Positions 38,228 through 50,370 of a stretch of DNA of 64,000 bases are shown here, one piece after another; position 1 is the first letter of the stretch, and each line of letters starts with the position of its first letter. Position numbers and translations under genes: made by a program. The notes below the pieces were generated by a model, which was not told the DNA's origin, ran no database searches, and worked only from the letters and a program-made list of their open reading frames with translations. Source of the DNA: Octopus sinensis (taxonomy: Eukaryota); the NCBI RefSeq assembly GCF_006345805.1, contig NC_043006.1, positions 27,652,001 through 27,716,000 on the forward strand, given 5' to 3'.

Positions 38228-38910
38228 TAAATATATTACTAATATTTAAAGCAATTTTATCTTCCTGCAGCACAAACAGGTTCAATAAATGAGCCAATGT
38301 TCAATTCTAAAATACTAAATCTAATTAATGATTACTGGGTATCTAATCACTCTCCTCCCTAAGTAGGCTTAGTGGGGTCACCAGTTTAGTCACTAATGAT
38401 TTGACCATGCAGCAAGTTGTACTGGATTAATGATCTGCAGTGGAACTTAGTCTGTGACCAGGTTGCAGTTGGTGGGATGAAAGTTTTGACACCAAATAAT
38501 ATTTAAGTGAGGTTAACAGTTTTTGTGTGTTTTTGAATGGCTAAAATATGTCATCCACACTATAATTGCTTTAGTCTCAGCACTTAGTCTCAGATCAACT
38601 CATTTGCTAGGAAAGTGCATCTCAGAAAATAATGATTTGCTTTGTCAGCAACATAACATGACAACATTTTCTGCAAAGTTGGTTAACAATTTTACAAAGA
38701 ACATATGTCAGTCCTTCATTTTCATGCCCACATGAGAATGTTGATGAGAAATAAAAAGATGATTCTGTTTTAGCATTTCTATGAGAAAACAAAAACACAA
38801 GGAGAACTCAAATTCAGCACTACAGATTAATGAGATATTAATTTTACAGTGTTATGACATTGCTTATGACATTGAAATATTCCAAGCTAATGTTACAAAC
38901 ACCTGCTTAA

Positions 38911-39126
38911 CCCTTTAGCATTTAAACTAGCCATATCTAACCCAAATATCCCACCTGTTTTATGTTCAGTCTGGCCAGACACAGCCTCTCTAACACTACA
39001 ATGTCATTGTAAAAATAAATAATTACATCATTGAAATCTTGAAGCTACGAAGTAATGCATCATGAATTCAAAATAATGTGAATAAAAAAGTATTACATTT
39101 GGCACAGTAATCTGAATGCTAAAGGG
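38911..39126. mobile_element. piggyBac-type MITE
   Basis: TIRs ccctttagcatt / aatgctaaaggg; TTAA on the left and gtaa on the right. Confidence 0.75.
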
Positions 39127-42100
39127 GTAAAGCTAGGTTGACTGAGTGGTTGAAATTAAAACTCTTAGTCAAGAATCCAGCATAAAACCAATGACAGAAT
39201 AATGTTGTCTTCTCAGTTGATTGATCAATACTTTATTATACTTTGCCATTCTTAGGTTTTTCAGCATACATTCTATTGATAATTATTATCATTAGTATCA
39301 AGGTTTAATTGTTTCAGTAGGAACAAAGCATGTGTAGTTGCTCCTAATACACATCATCTTCAAGCAAGATTGTCACCTGTGATGAAATCACATTGTTGTG
39401 TGACTCTTAACCATCATGGTTTTCCTTAACTGAGGATTACTGAGTGGGCTCAACGTTGCAACCTATCAGAATTCTTGTCAAATATAAAATACATCAATTA
39501 CTTATAGTAGTGAATTGTACTCTTTTGATACTTATTAATAGTTAGGTAGATTTAGTCATGTAAAGACATCGTGTAGTACAACAAATGTCATGAGCCAATG
39601 ACCTTTCATCAACAGGCATGTATCAATTTACTTAACCAGCTGCAGCTTTCATAATCAATGTCGATTACTTGATATTGATAGTAATTATAGAGGAAATAGT
39701 TCCTACTAAGATGGTAACACTACTACTAAAACTGAAACCTCTGTAAGAATATAAAGAAGTTAATATGAAGCAGTTATATTTTTTCAGTGGTTAGAACACA
39801 ATTGCAGTTAACAAATATTAGAAATTGAGTGATTTATTCAGTAATTTTAAGTATTTGCATAGTTTAGTATAATCAACCAATTTAGCAATGGAAGTTCCAC
39901 AAAAAACGAGAGAAGGAAAATGAAGTTAGAATATAATGTCACCAGAAAATAGCTTCTGTTAATGTTATTAGAAGACATAAAAATATGTATAAAATAATTT
40001 GTTTACCATAATTTTATTGATTGAATGTTTAAATGTGTGCATTTTTGTTACCATGATTATAATTTTGGAGGCTATTAACTTCATATCTTAATATTTATAT
40101 TTTTTTAATATCTATTTTAAGATTTGTAGTCAAGAAGAACAGGCTACACTTATGTTGCCTTCAAAACTGCATATTGTCTGTAAGTCAATGACTGCATCAG
40201 AATGTGGATTGGAAAAAGATTTAAAATATATTATGTTCTAGGGAAGAAAACTTAGCTGTAATAGTTAGTGTAGGGCTTGGATGAAGGACATAGCATATCT
40301 GACAAGAGGAGATGGGTATGTTAAACTGGTTTGGAGTGAATGATATGCAAGTAGCTGGCTCTGAGCAGCAGAGGCCATTGTAGTAGTAATAGAAAAGGCA
40401 GAGTGAGTTGGCGATTGAGTCTCTACAAATATTTATTTATGGAAACATACACACATAAATGTAGATATATATTCACCCACCAATATATGTATGCATGTAT
40501 GTATATATTATCTGAAGAATGTCAAGAGTGTTATGTAAACATCAGAATAATCACAAAACTATAGTTGATATTCTGAATGTATTTAATATGCACATTTAGA
40601 GTTGTTAATGTACAATAACCATTACATAATACTACCCTCTTCAGTCAGTATTTCAAAATATTATATACACACACTGATAGACAGATAGAAAATGTAGATA
40701 TTGAAAATTATTATGTCTGTAAAATTAAAAAGACATAGTTTTGGTACAATCTTATGATTCTTAAACTATACAAAAGGAAAATTATTTATAGATTTTCTTC
40801 AGCTTATTTAATAATAAGGAGTAAGTCTAAGGTAAAAGATTAAATTTTATATTATATGTATAATGTAAATGCTTACTTAATAATTCTGCAACAAGTAACA
40901 GATATAATTGGTTGCAAGTATTAATAATAACGTTGTTCAAACTAAGAATTCTTAGGACTTATCCACACTTTCACTTTTGTTTTACTGCCCATAAAAGCAT
41001 ATAGCATTTGAAACATCAATATAAATGTTTTATTCAGTAGATTATACTCAATTCTTTACTTTCTTATCTTTATATACTCCATTTGAACATATATATCACT
41101 TACATTCACTTACATAAATTGCATGAATCTTACATATTTGAAAGAGCCTGAAAATGGTTTGAGCATAGTCCCTCCTTCACCGGTAACTTATTTTCTTACT
41201 TATCAAATACTGGAATTGCTTACATATTTAATTAATGAAGAACACTGCTTTTAGATAACAGCTGGATTTAGTCACACTTGACATTTATGGAGTTCTCTTC
41301 AAACAAGGCTTGAAAAAAAAAGGACTGAATGATTGAAAATGAAGTCCAAGTTAATATGAAAATGAACTATAAATATATAGTGGATTTCTCATATGTTTTT
41401 TGAAACCTGTACTTTAAAAGCTTAATGAGAGAAGGAAGAGTATGAAGGTCATGATTGGCTACAGGACCTCCATGACCAGTGAGGAGTGAAAGATATCCTC
41501 AAACTAAAGCTCTGACCCAATCGTTTATAACAAAGTGAAGTCCACTTTAACAGGACCTCTATTACAAGAGAGGGATGAACCAGACCCAATTACTTACAAC
41601 AAAGTAGAGTTCACTATATAGCAAGCAAATGACAAAAAAAGTTTCACTGAGTACATGCTCTAAGGAAACATTAAATATCTCTAAGGTGAGTACAAAAAAT
41701 TCAACATAATTAAATCATGTAATGTTCATGTCTTTTCCCTATAAATGAAATGAAATTACTTGGTAGCTTATTTTCTTTGTCTCCCAAACTTTGGTGTCAT
41801 TCACCAACAGCTAGAACATTCACAGGTAACAAATAATCTTTCTAAATAAATTTTATCAGACATTATACACTAAGTTCGGCCTGAAAAGAGAAACAGACCT
41901 ACTGACAGGACTAAAACTTTGTACCTTTCACTTGCCAGGTGACTGAGTCACTGCTTTGTAGATGCAATCAGTAATAAGGTTATAACAAGTCTGCTAAAAT
42001 AATTATTTAAATCTGTTAATGAAGTTCCAAAGTAAAGTATTTACCCAACTGATGTGATAATTGCAAGGAGTCCTTTATCAGCAGAAACCTTACTCAAATG

Positions 42101-42372
42101 AATAACTAAGCATCTTTCATTGAACCGGTAACCATGTTAAATAATATTGATCATATAAACATTGGATCAAGCCACATGACACTAAATACACACACATACA
42201 TACACACACACAAAACATGTTACAATGATTTCCTAGCAAGCGATATGGTTTGAGTCACATCAGTGGGCTTGTTTCTCTTTTTTGTCACACATTGCTGTTT
42301 ATGATGTCTAATAGTAGATATAAATTTAAGTCTTACCAGACTACTTATAATGTCAAATAGTGTGTGTGTGTG

Positions 42373-42447
<75 letters not shown>

Positions 42448-43779
42448 GTGTCTTACCATTAAATCATGATCTTTCTTTTTGCTTTCATTAATTTCTTATG
42501 TTAAGAATTATTCCTATATATAGTCTTTGATAATAGAATAAGCCCTAATGTTTAAACAACAAGCAAGTGGTAAGAAAGGCAATAGAAATAATGTACAAGT
42601 ACAACATCCTTTGCTATTGCACTATTGATAATAACCAAAGAGAATAAGGAAAATAAGACACAGCTCCACTTTCATTTACTAATGCTTGCTTTTGATTTTT
42701 GGAATTGCTTTTTTTTTTTTCTAGGGGAAACTTTAGATAATAATCTAAACATAAAATCAGTTCCACTTAAAACCATTTTTTGAAGAATTTTTTTAAAACA
42801 GCTATTCATAAAACAGTAGTCATAGTGAATCTAAATACATGCATAAATTAATTTATATTTAAAAAAAACAAACATCATTTCTGCTTTCCAGCTCAAGTTA
42901 TTGTGAGACTAAATTTAATATTTTGATTTGGGAAAAAATTATGAAAACATAAGATGGACTGACAGAATTTTTATAACATCAAGCAATATATTTTGCATTA
43001 TCGTTCAATTGTTACCCTAAATCCTGAAAATTCCATCTCCTCATGTCATGTCTTCGACCAGCCTAACCCTGATCTCTCTCTTCCCACTCTCTCGCAGTTC
43101 TGTTAACCACTTGCTTCTCCCAACACCTCACCTCTTCTCCCCCCACCCCACCCTATATATATACTAGCTCATTCAGATTCCCCTACCTCATATTTTAATA
43201 TCTTGCTACATGGAGTAGAAATCAGAAGATATTCAGATAAGCAACTTGGTTTTCCAAGCTAGCACACACATCAAAAACTTCTTTTACAGTGCAAATTGCA
43301 ATTACTTTATTATTTCATTTCATTATCTATCTATGTAAACAGAAGTTTTGCCTTCTGTACCATATGTTTAGAGAAAAAACTTAAGATCCCTACACTCAAT
43401 CCAACTCTCTCTCTCTCTCTCTTTCACCCTTCTCACTCCCTTTCACGCACATTTATTATTAATATTTATTCATTCATTTACCTAATTTTGTCACACACTG
43501 GCTCACCAAAAACTGTTGGTTATAACTCTAGTTAAGAATGCAAACACCCAATTCTATCTCATTATTATCATTATTATTATTATTACTATTCTTCCACACT
43601 GGCAGCCAGAGTGTTTGCTGTTTTGCGTTGTGCCTGCCCTTCCCACCACCAACATCTGTACCGGAAGTCTTTATCCTTCGACCTCTATCAGATGTCTTTC
43701 CCCTGAAAACCTCCAAAGGTTAAATGCTCCCCATCTCCTATGCAATGTAGTGATTATGTAGCACATGAAATGATGGTGT

Positions 43780-44660
43780 AGTGTATGCAGTTTGAAGGCT
43801 ATTGTATATTTATAAGTTCTGCCAAATGCGAGCTTTCTTTTCAGATACATGATGCTGCTCTCCCACCCATCACAGATCCTCACGGGTCCACACCTTCCAT
43901 ACCCTCAGAGTTCGCACACAATGTTGGCACATTGGAAGGTAGGTCCGGTAAGATTGTTGAACGGAGACATGTAGATTTGTGCTGCATCCAAGAAGAAATG
44001 TGGAGAGGAAGTTCTGTTAGGTTCCCCACCAGCAAAGAACATAGGTATAAGATTTTCTGGGTAGGGAACACTGATGAGGTTGGAGATGTGGGTATACTTC
44101 TTGCAGAGAAATGGGTGGATAAGGTAATCGAGATATTCAAGAGTCCATGATAGAATACTGAAGCTTAGATTAAGGCTGCAACATGGATTAGCAACCATTA
44201 TCTTCGCTTATGCCCCTCAGCAAGGGCTACCTGATGAACAGAAAGACCGATTTTATGACTACCTTGTTGACAAATGACAGTGACCTTCGCTTTGTGGCTG
44301 GCAACATCAATGGACATGTTGCACTATATGCAGAGGTTTTCCACTATATGCTGTGGTTTTGGGTCCCGTAATGATGGGGAAAACAGGCTGCTGGAGTTCT
44401 GCAATGCAAATGATCTCATGGTTTGTAATAATAACTTCAGGAAACCTGCCATTCACCTTTTTACCTAAAGGTCTGCACGACACACTAGTCAAATTGACTA
44501 CATCAAAGCCAGGAAACAGGAAAGATGGCTGCTCATAGATGCCAAAACATTCCCAGGTGAAAAATACACACCTCAAGACACATTAGTAGGTAGCACCAAT
44601 ATGATCAGGACTAAATGGATGCACAGAAGATAACAAGCATGGAAAGGAAGAGTCAGGAAG
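43780..44660 (+). mobile_element. Degraded RTE-type LINE 5' part (APE domain)
   Basis: HNVGTLEGRS..VDLCCIQE..KIFWVGN..VGILLAEKWVDKVIE parallels 27200-27450 and has several frameshifts. Confidence 0.85.
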
Positions 44661-44944
44661 CTTCTAGCAACGTTATTTTCTGCATCCCCTGTGCTTTCTG
44701 CCAATCTCTGTACATTGGTATATATATACATTATATACCTATAACGTATATATACTTCCTATGCTTTACATTACAAATTTTAATAATTACTGGTATTTTT
44801 ATATTTTTATATATTATATGTGTAAAGCATAATGTGTTATACATGTATGTATATTGTTATAATGGCTTTTAAAACAAATACACATAATATAATGTCTAAA
44901 AATTGATGAATACCACCTCTTGATCCCCTCAATTTTCTTCTGGC

Positions 44945-45159
44945 TAAATATATATATATATATATATATAGTATGTATATACATGACATGTACATAATAT
45001 ATATATGTTGTGTATATATATATATATATATATACATGACATGTATATAATATATGTTGTGTATATATATATATATATATATAATATATATACATGACAT
45101 GTATATAATATATATATGTTGTGTATATATATACATGACATGTATATTATATATATATG

Positions 45160-45199
<40 letters not shown>

Positions 45200-45912
45200 C
45201 ATATATTATATTATATATCTGTACAAAGGCTGCGCCAGGCCCCTGTTGAACCGTCCAACCCATGCTAGCATGGAAAATGGACGTTAAACGATGATGATGA
45301 TGATGATGTATTATATACATATATAGTATGTGTATATATATATATATATAATATATCATATATACATTACATGTATGTAATATATATAGTATATATATAT
45401 TATATGTATTAATATATATAGCATATATATATATGTGTGTGTTGAATTCGTGGTAATTAGTCTATATTTTCGATATGGATTATATATAGGTTATATATGG
45501 ATTATATACTTATATTTTTTCATTTATACTTTAATTATTTAAAAGTATTATTTTTATATTTTAAAATTTTGATTTTTTAGATTGGAAGTCCACCTGAAGA
45601 TTGTCGATCAAGACAAGAAACGATTGTAGTGGCGGTTTTTTTGACTATTTATTAAATTTTATGTATTGATTAAGTCTTTCCTTGTTTGTTTTGCAAAATA
45701 GTGGTTTTGTCTCAAATAATATTTTATATAGTATATATATAACATATCTGTATAATGTATATATATATATATATAGTATATATATATCATATCTGTATAA
45801 TGTATATATATATTATATATATATATATATATATAATATATTATATATATAACATATCTGTATAATGTATATATTATATATATAACATATCTTTATAATG
45901 TATATATATATG

Positions 45913-45952
<40 letters not shown>

Positions 45953-45964
45953 CATATCTTTATA

Positions 45965-46019
<55 letters not shown>

Positions 46020-46028
46020 ATCTTTATA

Positions 46029-46081
<53 letters not shown>

Positions 46082-46092
46082 ATCTTATAATG

Positions 46093-46142
<50 letters not shown>

Positions 46143-46176
46143 TATATATATAGATATATATATATATATAATATAT

Positions 46177-46218
<42 letters not shown>

Positions 46219-46420
46219 ATTATATCTTTATAATGTATATATATATATATATATAATATATATATTATTATATATATATATATATATATATTATGCATCT
46301 GTATAATATACATATATAATATATATATTATATATATAGTATATATAATATATTATATGTAGAAATTATATTTTATTTATATATATATAGTATTTATAAT
46401 ATATAGTATTCATATTATAT
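44945..46420. repeat. Compound (TA)n / minisatellite tract containing short insertions
   Basis: Units tacatgacatgt..gttgtg(TA)n (about 4 copies) and aacatatct(g/t)tataatg(TA)n (about 8 copies). Confidence 0.9.
45590..45632 (+). ncRNA. Minimal type I hammerhead ribozyme motif
   Basis: ccac-CTGAAGA-ttgtc(gatcaa)gacaa-GAAA-cgattg-TA^gtgg: stem I ccac/gtgg, stem II ttgtc/gacaa, intact CUGANGA and GAAA core, GUA cleavage triplet, near-palindromic stem III. Confidence 0.78.
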
Positions 46421-46421
46421 A

Positions 46422-46822
46422 GGCACAGGAGTGGCTGTGTGGTAAGTAGCTTGCTTACCAACCACATGGTTCCAGGTTCAGTCCCACTACATGCCATCCT
46501 GGGCAAGTGTCTCCTACTATAGCCTTGAGCCAACCAAAGCCTTGTGAGTGGATTTGGCAGACGGATACTGAATGAAGCCTATCATATATATGTATATATA
46601 TGTGTATGTGTGTTTGTATGTCTGTGTTTGTCCCCCCATTATTGCTTGACAACCGATGCTGGTGTGTTTATCTCTCCGTAACTTAGCAGTTTAGCAAAAG
46701 AGACTGATAGAATAAGTACTAGGTTTACTAACAATAAGTCCCAGGGTCGATTTGCCTGACTAAAGGCAGTGCTCCAGCATGGCTGCAGTCAAATGACTGA
46801 AACAAGTAAAAGAGTAAAAGAC
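46422..46822 (+). mobile_element. Full-length tRNA-derived SINE with internal microsatellite
   Basis: Head ggcacaggagtggctgtgtggt..ggttcagtccc, core gggcaagtgtct..ctactatagcc, (TA)/(TG) block, tail ending gactgaaacaagtaaaagag. Confidence 0.88.
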
Positions 46823-47093
46823 TAAATATATATATATAGTACAAATATTCTAAAATTATAAACATAATTATATTATATATATATTATATACTACATATAG
46901 TACATATATATATATAGTACAAATATTCTAAAATTATAAACATAATTATATTATATATATATTATATACTACATATAGTACATATATATATATATATATA
47001 TATGAAGAATAAAATATTTTGAATGACACAACAATGCACTATAAAACACAGAATGGACTATAACGATTGTTGTAATTTAATCATCTATAGTCT

Positions 47094-47132
47094 GATATGA
47101 TATTTCGGCATAAATTTCCTTCTTCAGATATC
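47094..47132 (-). ncRNA. Minimal hammerhead-like motif
   Basis: Minus strand gatat-CTGAAGA-a-gg(aaatttatg)cc-GAAA-ta-TC^atatc; 5-bp stem I; stem II shortened. Confidence 0.55.
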
Positions 47133-47139
47133 CCTACAA

Positions 47140-47540
47140 ATGGATTTTATGGGACTCTGTAGAAAAGCTCCAGCTTTGTGAAGAGTGGGTTTTACAACAG
47201 GATAACGACTCTAAGTACATGGCGAAGTCTACCAAAAAATGGATTGTCGATCACAATATAAAACTACTAGAATGACCAAGCCAGTCACCTGACTTGAACC
47301 CCATTGAAAATTTGTGGCATTATTTGAAAATTAAAATTCATTCAAGAGCCCCAACGTGCATTGCAGATTTGAAGAAAATTTGTCAAGAAGAATGGGAATA
47401 AATTCCTTAAGAAACATGCGAGTCATTGATTAAAAACTACAAGAGATTGGTTGAAATGGAACTGAATAATGGTTATGCTACAAAGTATTAAATAAGAATT
47501 ATCAGTTATTTATATTCTGTACAAATACTTTTTTCACCCC
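47140..47540 (+). mobile_element. Tc1-like 3' fragment
   Basis: [35 protein letters not shown] stop, followed by a TIR-like end. Confidence 0.85.
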
Positions 47541-47852
47541 TAAATATTTATAATTGTATATAAATTCCTTAGTAACTATAATTTATTAGTTTCTTTTGCA
47601 TATTCTTAGTTTATGTATGTATATGCAAATATAGTATTGGTATATCCAATTTATGTTCATTAGAAATTTGATAAATAAATAATTTTGACATGTACGAATA
47701 TTTATTTCCCCCCACATTATATATAGTACATATTTCCCCCATACATGTGTGTATATATTATATATGTACATATGTGTGTATATATGTATGTACATATGTG
47801 TGTGTGTATATATATGTATGTACAAATGTGTGTGTGTGTGTATATATATACT

Positions 47853-47995
47853 ACACTCATGGAGTGGTTGGCGTTAGGATCCAGCTGTAGAAACTGCCAG
47901 ATCAGACTGGAGCCTGGTGCAGCCACCTGGCTTCCCAGACCCTGGTCGAACCGTCCAACCCATGCTAGCATGGAAAATAGACATTAAACGATGAT
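47853..47995 (+). mobile_element. RTE 3'-tail copy
   Basis: ctacactcatggagtggttggcgttagga..gacattaaacgatgat. A shorter copy lies at 45220-45305. Confidence 0.8.
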
Positions 47996-48000
47996 ATTAT

Positions 48001-48314
48001 TTTCTTGTATTTGTTTCAATCATCTTGACTGTGGCCATGCTGGAGCACTGGCTTTAGTCAAACAAATCGATCCCAAGACTTACTCTTTGTCAGCCTAGAA
48101 CTTATTTGATTGGTGTCTTCTTCCGAACTGCTAATTTATGGGGATGTAAATACACCAACTTTGGTTGTCAAGTGACGGGGGGGGGACAAGCACAGATACA
48201 CTGACACACGCACACACACATATATGTATGTGCGTGTGTGTGTGTGCATATATATGTGTGTGTATATATATATATATATATATGCACACACACACATATA
48301 TATATGCACCCGCG

Positions 48315-48348
<34 letters not shown>

Positions 48349-48510
48349 CATACACAATGGGTTTCTTTCAGTTTCCGTCTACCAAATCCACTCACAAGGC
48401 TTTGGTTGGCTTGAGGCTACAGTAGAAGACACTTGCCCAACGTGCTATACAGTGGGACTTAAGCCGATACTATGTGGTTAGTATGCAAGCTACTTAACAT
48501 GCACCCACTC
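48001..48510 (-). mobile_element. Same SINE family
   Basis: Full architecture with about 160 bp of internal mixed microsatellite. Confidence 0.8.
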
Positions 48511-49579
48511 TGGTAACAATATATATATATATATATATATAGTGTGTGTGTGTGTGTGTGTGTATTAAACATTTAAAATTGATTGGGCCTTCCATGACAA
48601 GTTTTACTTCATCAACTTTTTCAACCAGTCGAATAAGTCAATAAAGAGAATCTTGTATTTACTTGAATGACTTCTCCAATGTGACCAATTAGAAAATATT
48701 TTAAACTACCTAGTCTAATTACATGTCTTGCTGAAAGGAACAAATAAGCAGAATTCATACATGGATGTGAAAATATTAAGAATCATTAAAAAAAAAACTT
48801 TTAAAATCATATATAAAATATAATAGACAATATTCAATAAGATTATAATACCCTTCAGAAAAACAAAACAAAAATATATACTTTTTGTTAGGTTAAAAAT
48901 AGACAACATCCTGTCTTTTTTTAAATAATATGCATCAAGACTTATCTATTTAAATAACTTCAAATGACCAAAAAAATAAAAAAGCAAGAAGCACATGAAT
49001 AAATATCAAAGATACAATATTATATATTCACAACAATAATAGACAAAACACAACATCAAACAACAAATAAATTCTACAACTAATGCTCTACAATAGTGCT
49101 GCTAATACTACTACAGCCACCAACACCACAACCACCATCAATGCTTAAGCAATCTATATATAACTTTTGCATTACATCATAAAATAGCACATTTGACAGT
49201 ATATTAAAAGGGACTGGAGGACAGGATAGACTATCATAGAAACTCAATAACTGCGACAAATGTGGTTTCAAAAGACACAAATTTCCAAGTAGAACATTCA
49301 TTGATATCTAAATATGTTATACCATTCACCAATATGATTATTCACATGATGTCTTCAGTGTAACAATGTACCAAGTTGATGCTAAAACTAAAAATAGCAG
49401 CTGCTGTTGTATCTCTTCAAATTTTCAGAGTTAAAGGATTTTAAAAATTATGATTGTTAAAAATGTAATACAATAAGACAAACAAGAAATAATGACGAGA
49501 GACTTGATACTGAACTAGAACTTAGTGTAAACTGAATGCATCAAATGGAAAACACAATAGTAAATACAGGCTCAGTACA

Positions 49580-49925
49580 TAAAGGGCTGATCTCTAATTG
49601 TGGAGGGAGACTGTGGAAGACATGGGACAAAGTGGTGAGAAAGGAGCTTCAAATGTTGGGCCTCACTGAGGAGATGACAAAAACCAAGGCTTCTGGCAAT
49701 TTGCTGTGCTTGAGAAGACATGTCAACCTAAGTAAAATTGTAGCCATCCATACAGGTATGTATTTTACAACTATGTCCCCCACTCCCTCTCTCAGTTGAG
49801 GTCTTTGTCTTGCAGGCTCACAGATGCTGGTGTCATGTAAAAGACACCTGTTTTGGTGTCATGAAAAAAGCACCTGTACCAGTGTCACATAGAGAAGCCC
49901 CAATGCTGGTGCCACAGAAAAATAA
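49580..49925 (+). mobile_element. Old RTE 3' fragment
   Basis: ..KTWDKVVRKELQMLGLTEEMTK resembles 30100-30180; followed by repeated gtgtcatgtaaaa..cacctg modules. Confidence 0.6.
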
Positions 49926-50079
49926 CTTCCAGATATAAATTTAAAATTTATTTTATGTAAAGAGTAACTGATACTAATTACTTAAATCATGTTTTTTGTT
50001 TTTTTCATCCATCCATGCATCCATCTTTTCTGCTCACTATTCCTGGAAGGCTTGTGGTGCAGACACTTCCTCCATAGGG

Positions 50080-50370
50080 TTCTATTAAAAGCAACCACCA
50101 TTAGACTTTCTTTTATGATAAAATATAATATTCAGACCCCTGGGACTCATAAGATCAAAGCTTAACCTGATTTCCATGGTATATAAATTGAGATTATAAT
50201 GCTCCCCCTTGAATGGGATGCAATACAATGCAAAGTTAATTTCCCAACTATTGTTGGAACTCAATGAAGTGTCTCGCTTAAGAACACAATGCACTACCTG
50301 GTCCAGGAATCAAAATCAAAACCTTACAATTGTAAGTGCAACACCTTAACCACTAGGTCATGCACCTTCA
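50080..50370 (-). mobile_element. tRNA-derived SINE with CORE-like segment
   Basis: Minus strand ggtgcatgacctagtggttaaggtg..ttgattcctgg..gtgttcttaagcgagacactt. Confidence 0.6.

Noticed and set aside
41085-41150. Acceptor followed by three AT|gtaag donors
   Set aside because: The 14-nt product would delete nearly the whole linker and the conserved Gly, and the longer products contain a stop.
42043-42135. GG|gtaaat donor with a 31-codon open frame
   Set aside because: No convincing phase-0 acceptor, and the peptide is unlike the acidic linker exons.
43010-43060. GAT TTA GG|gtaaca (DLG) end
   Set aside because: Purine-rich upstream sequence with an in-frame stop; looks repeat-derived.
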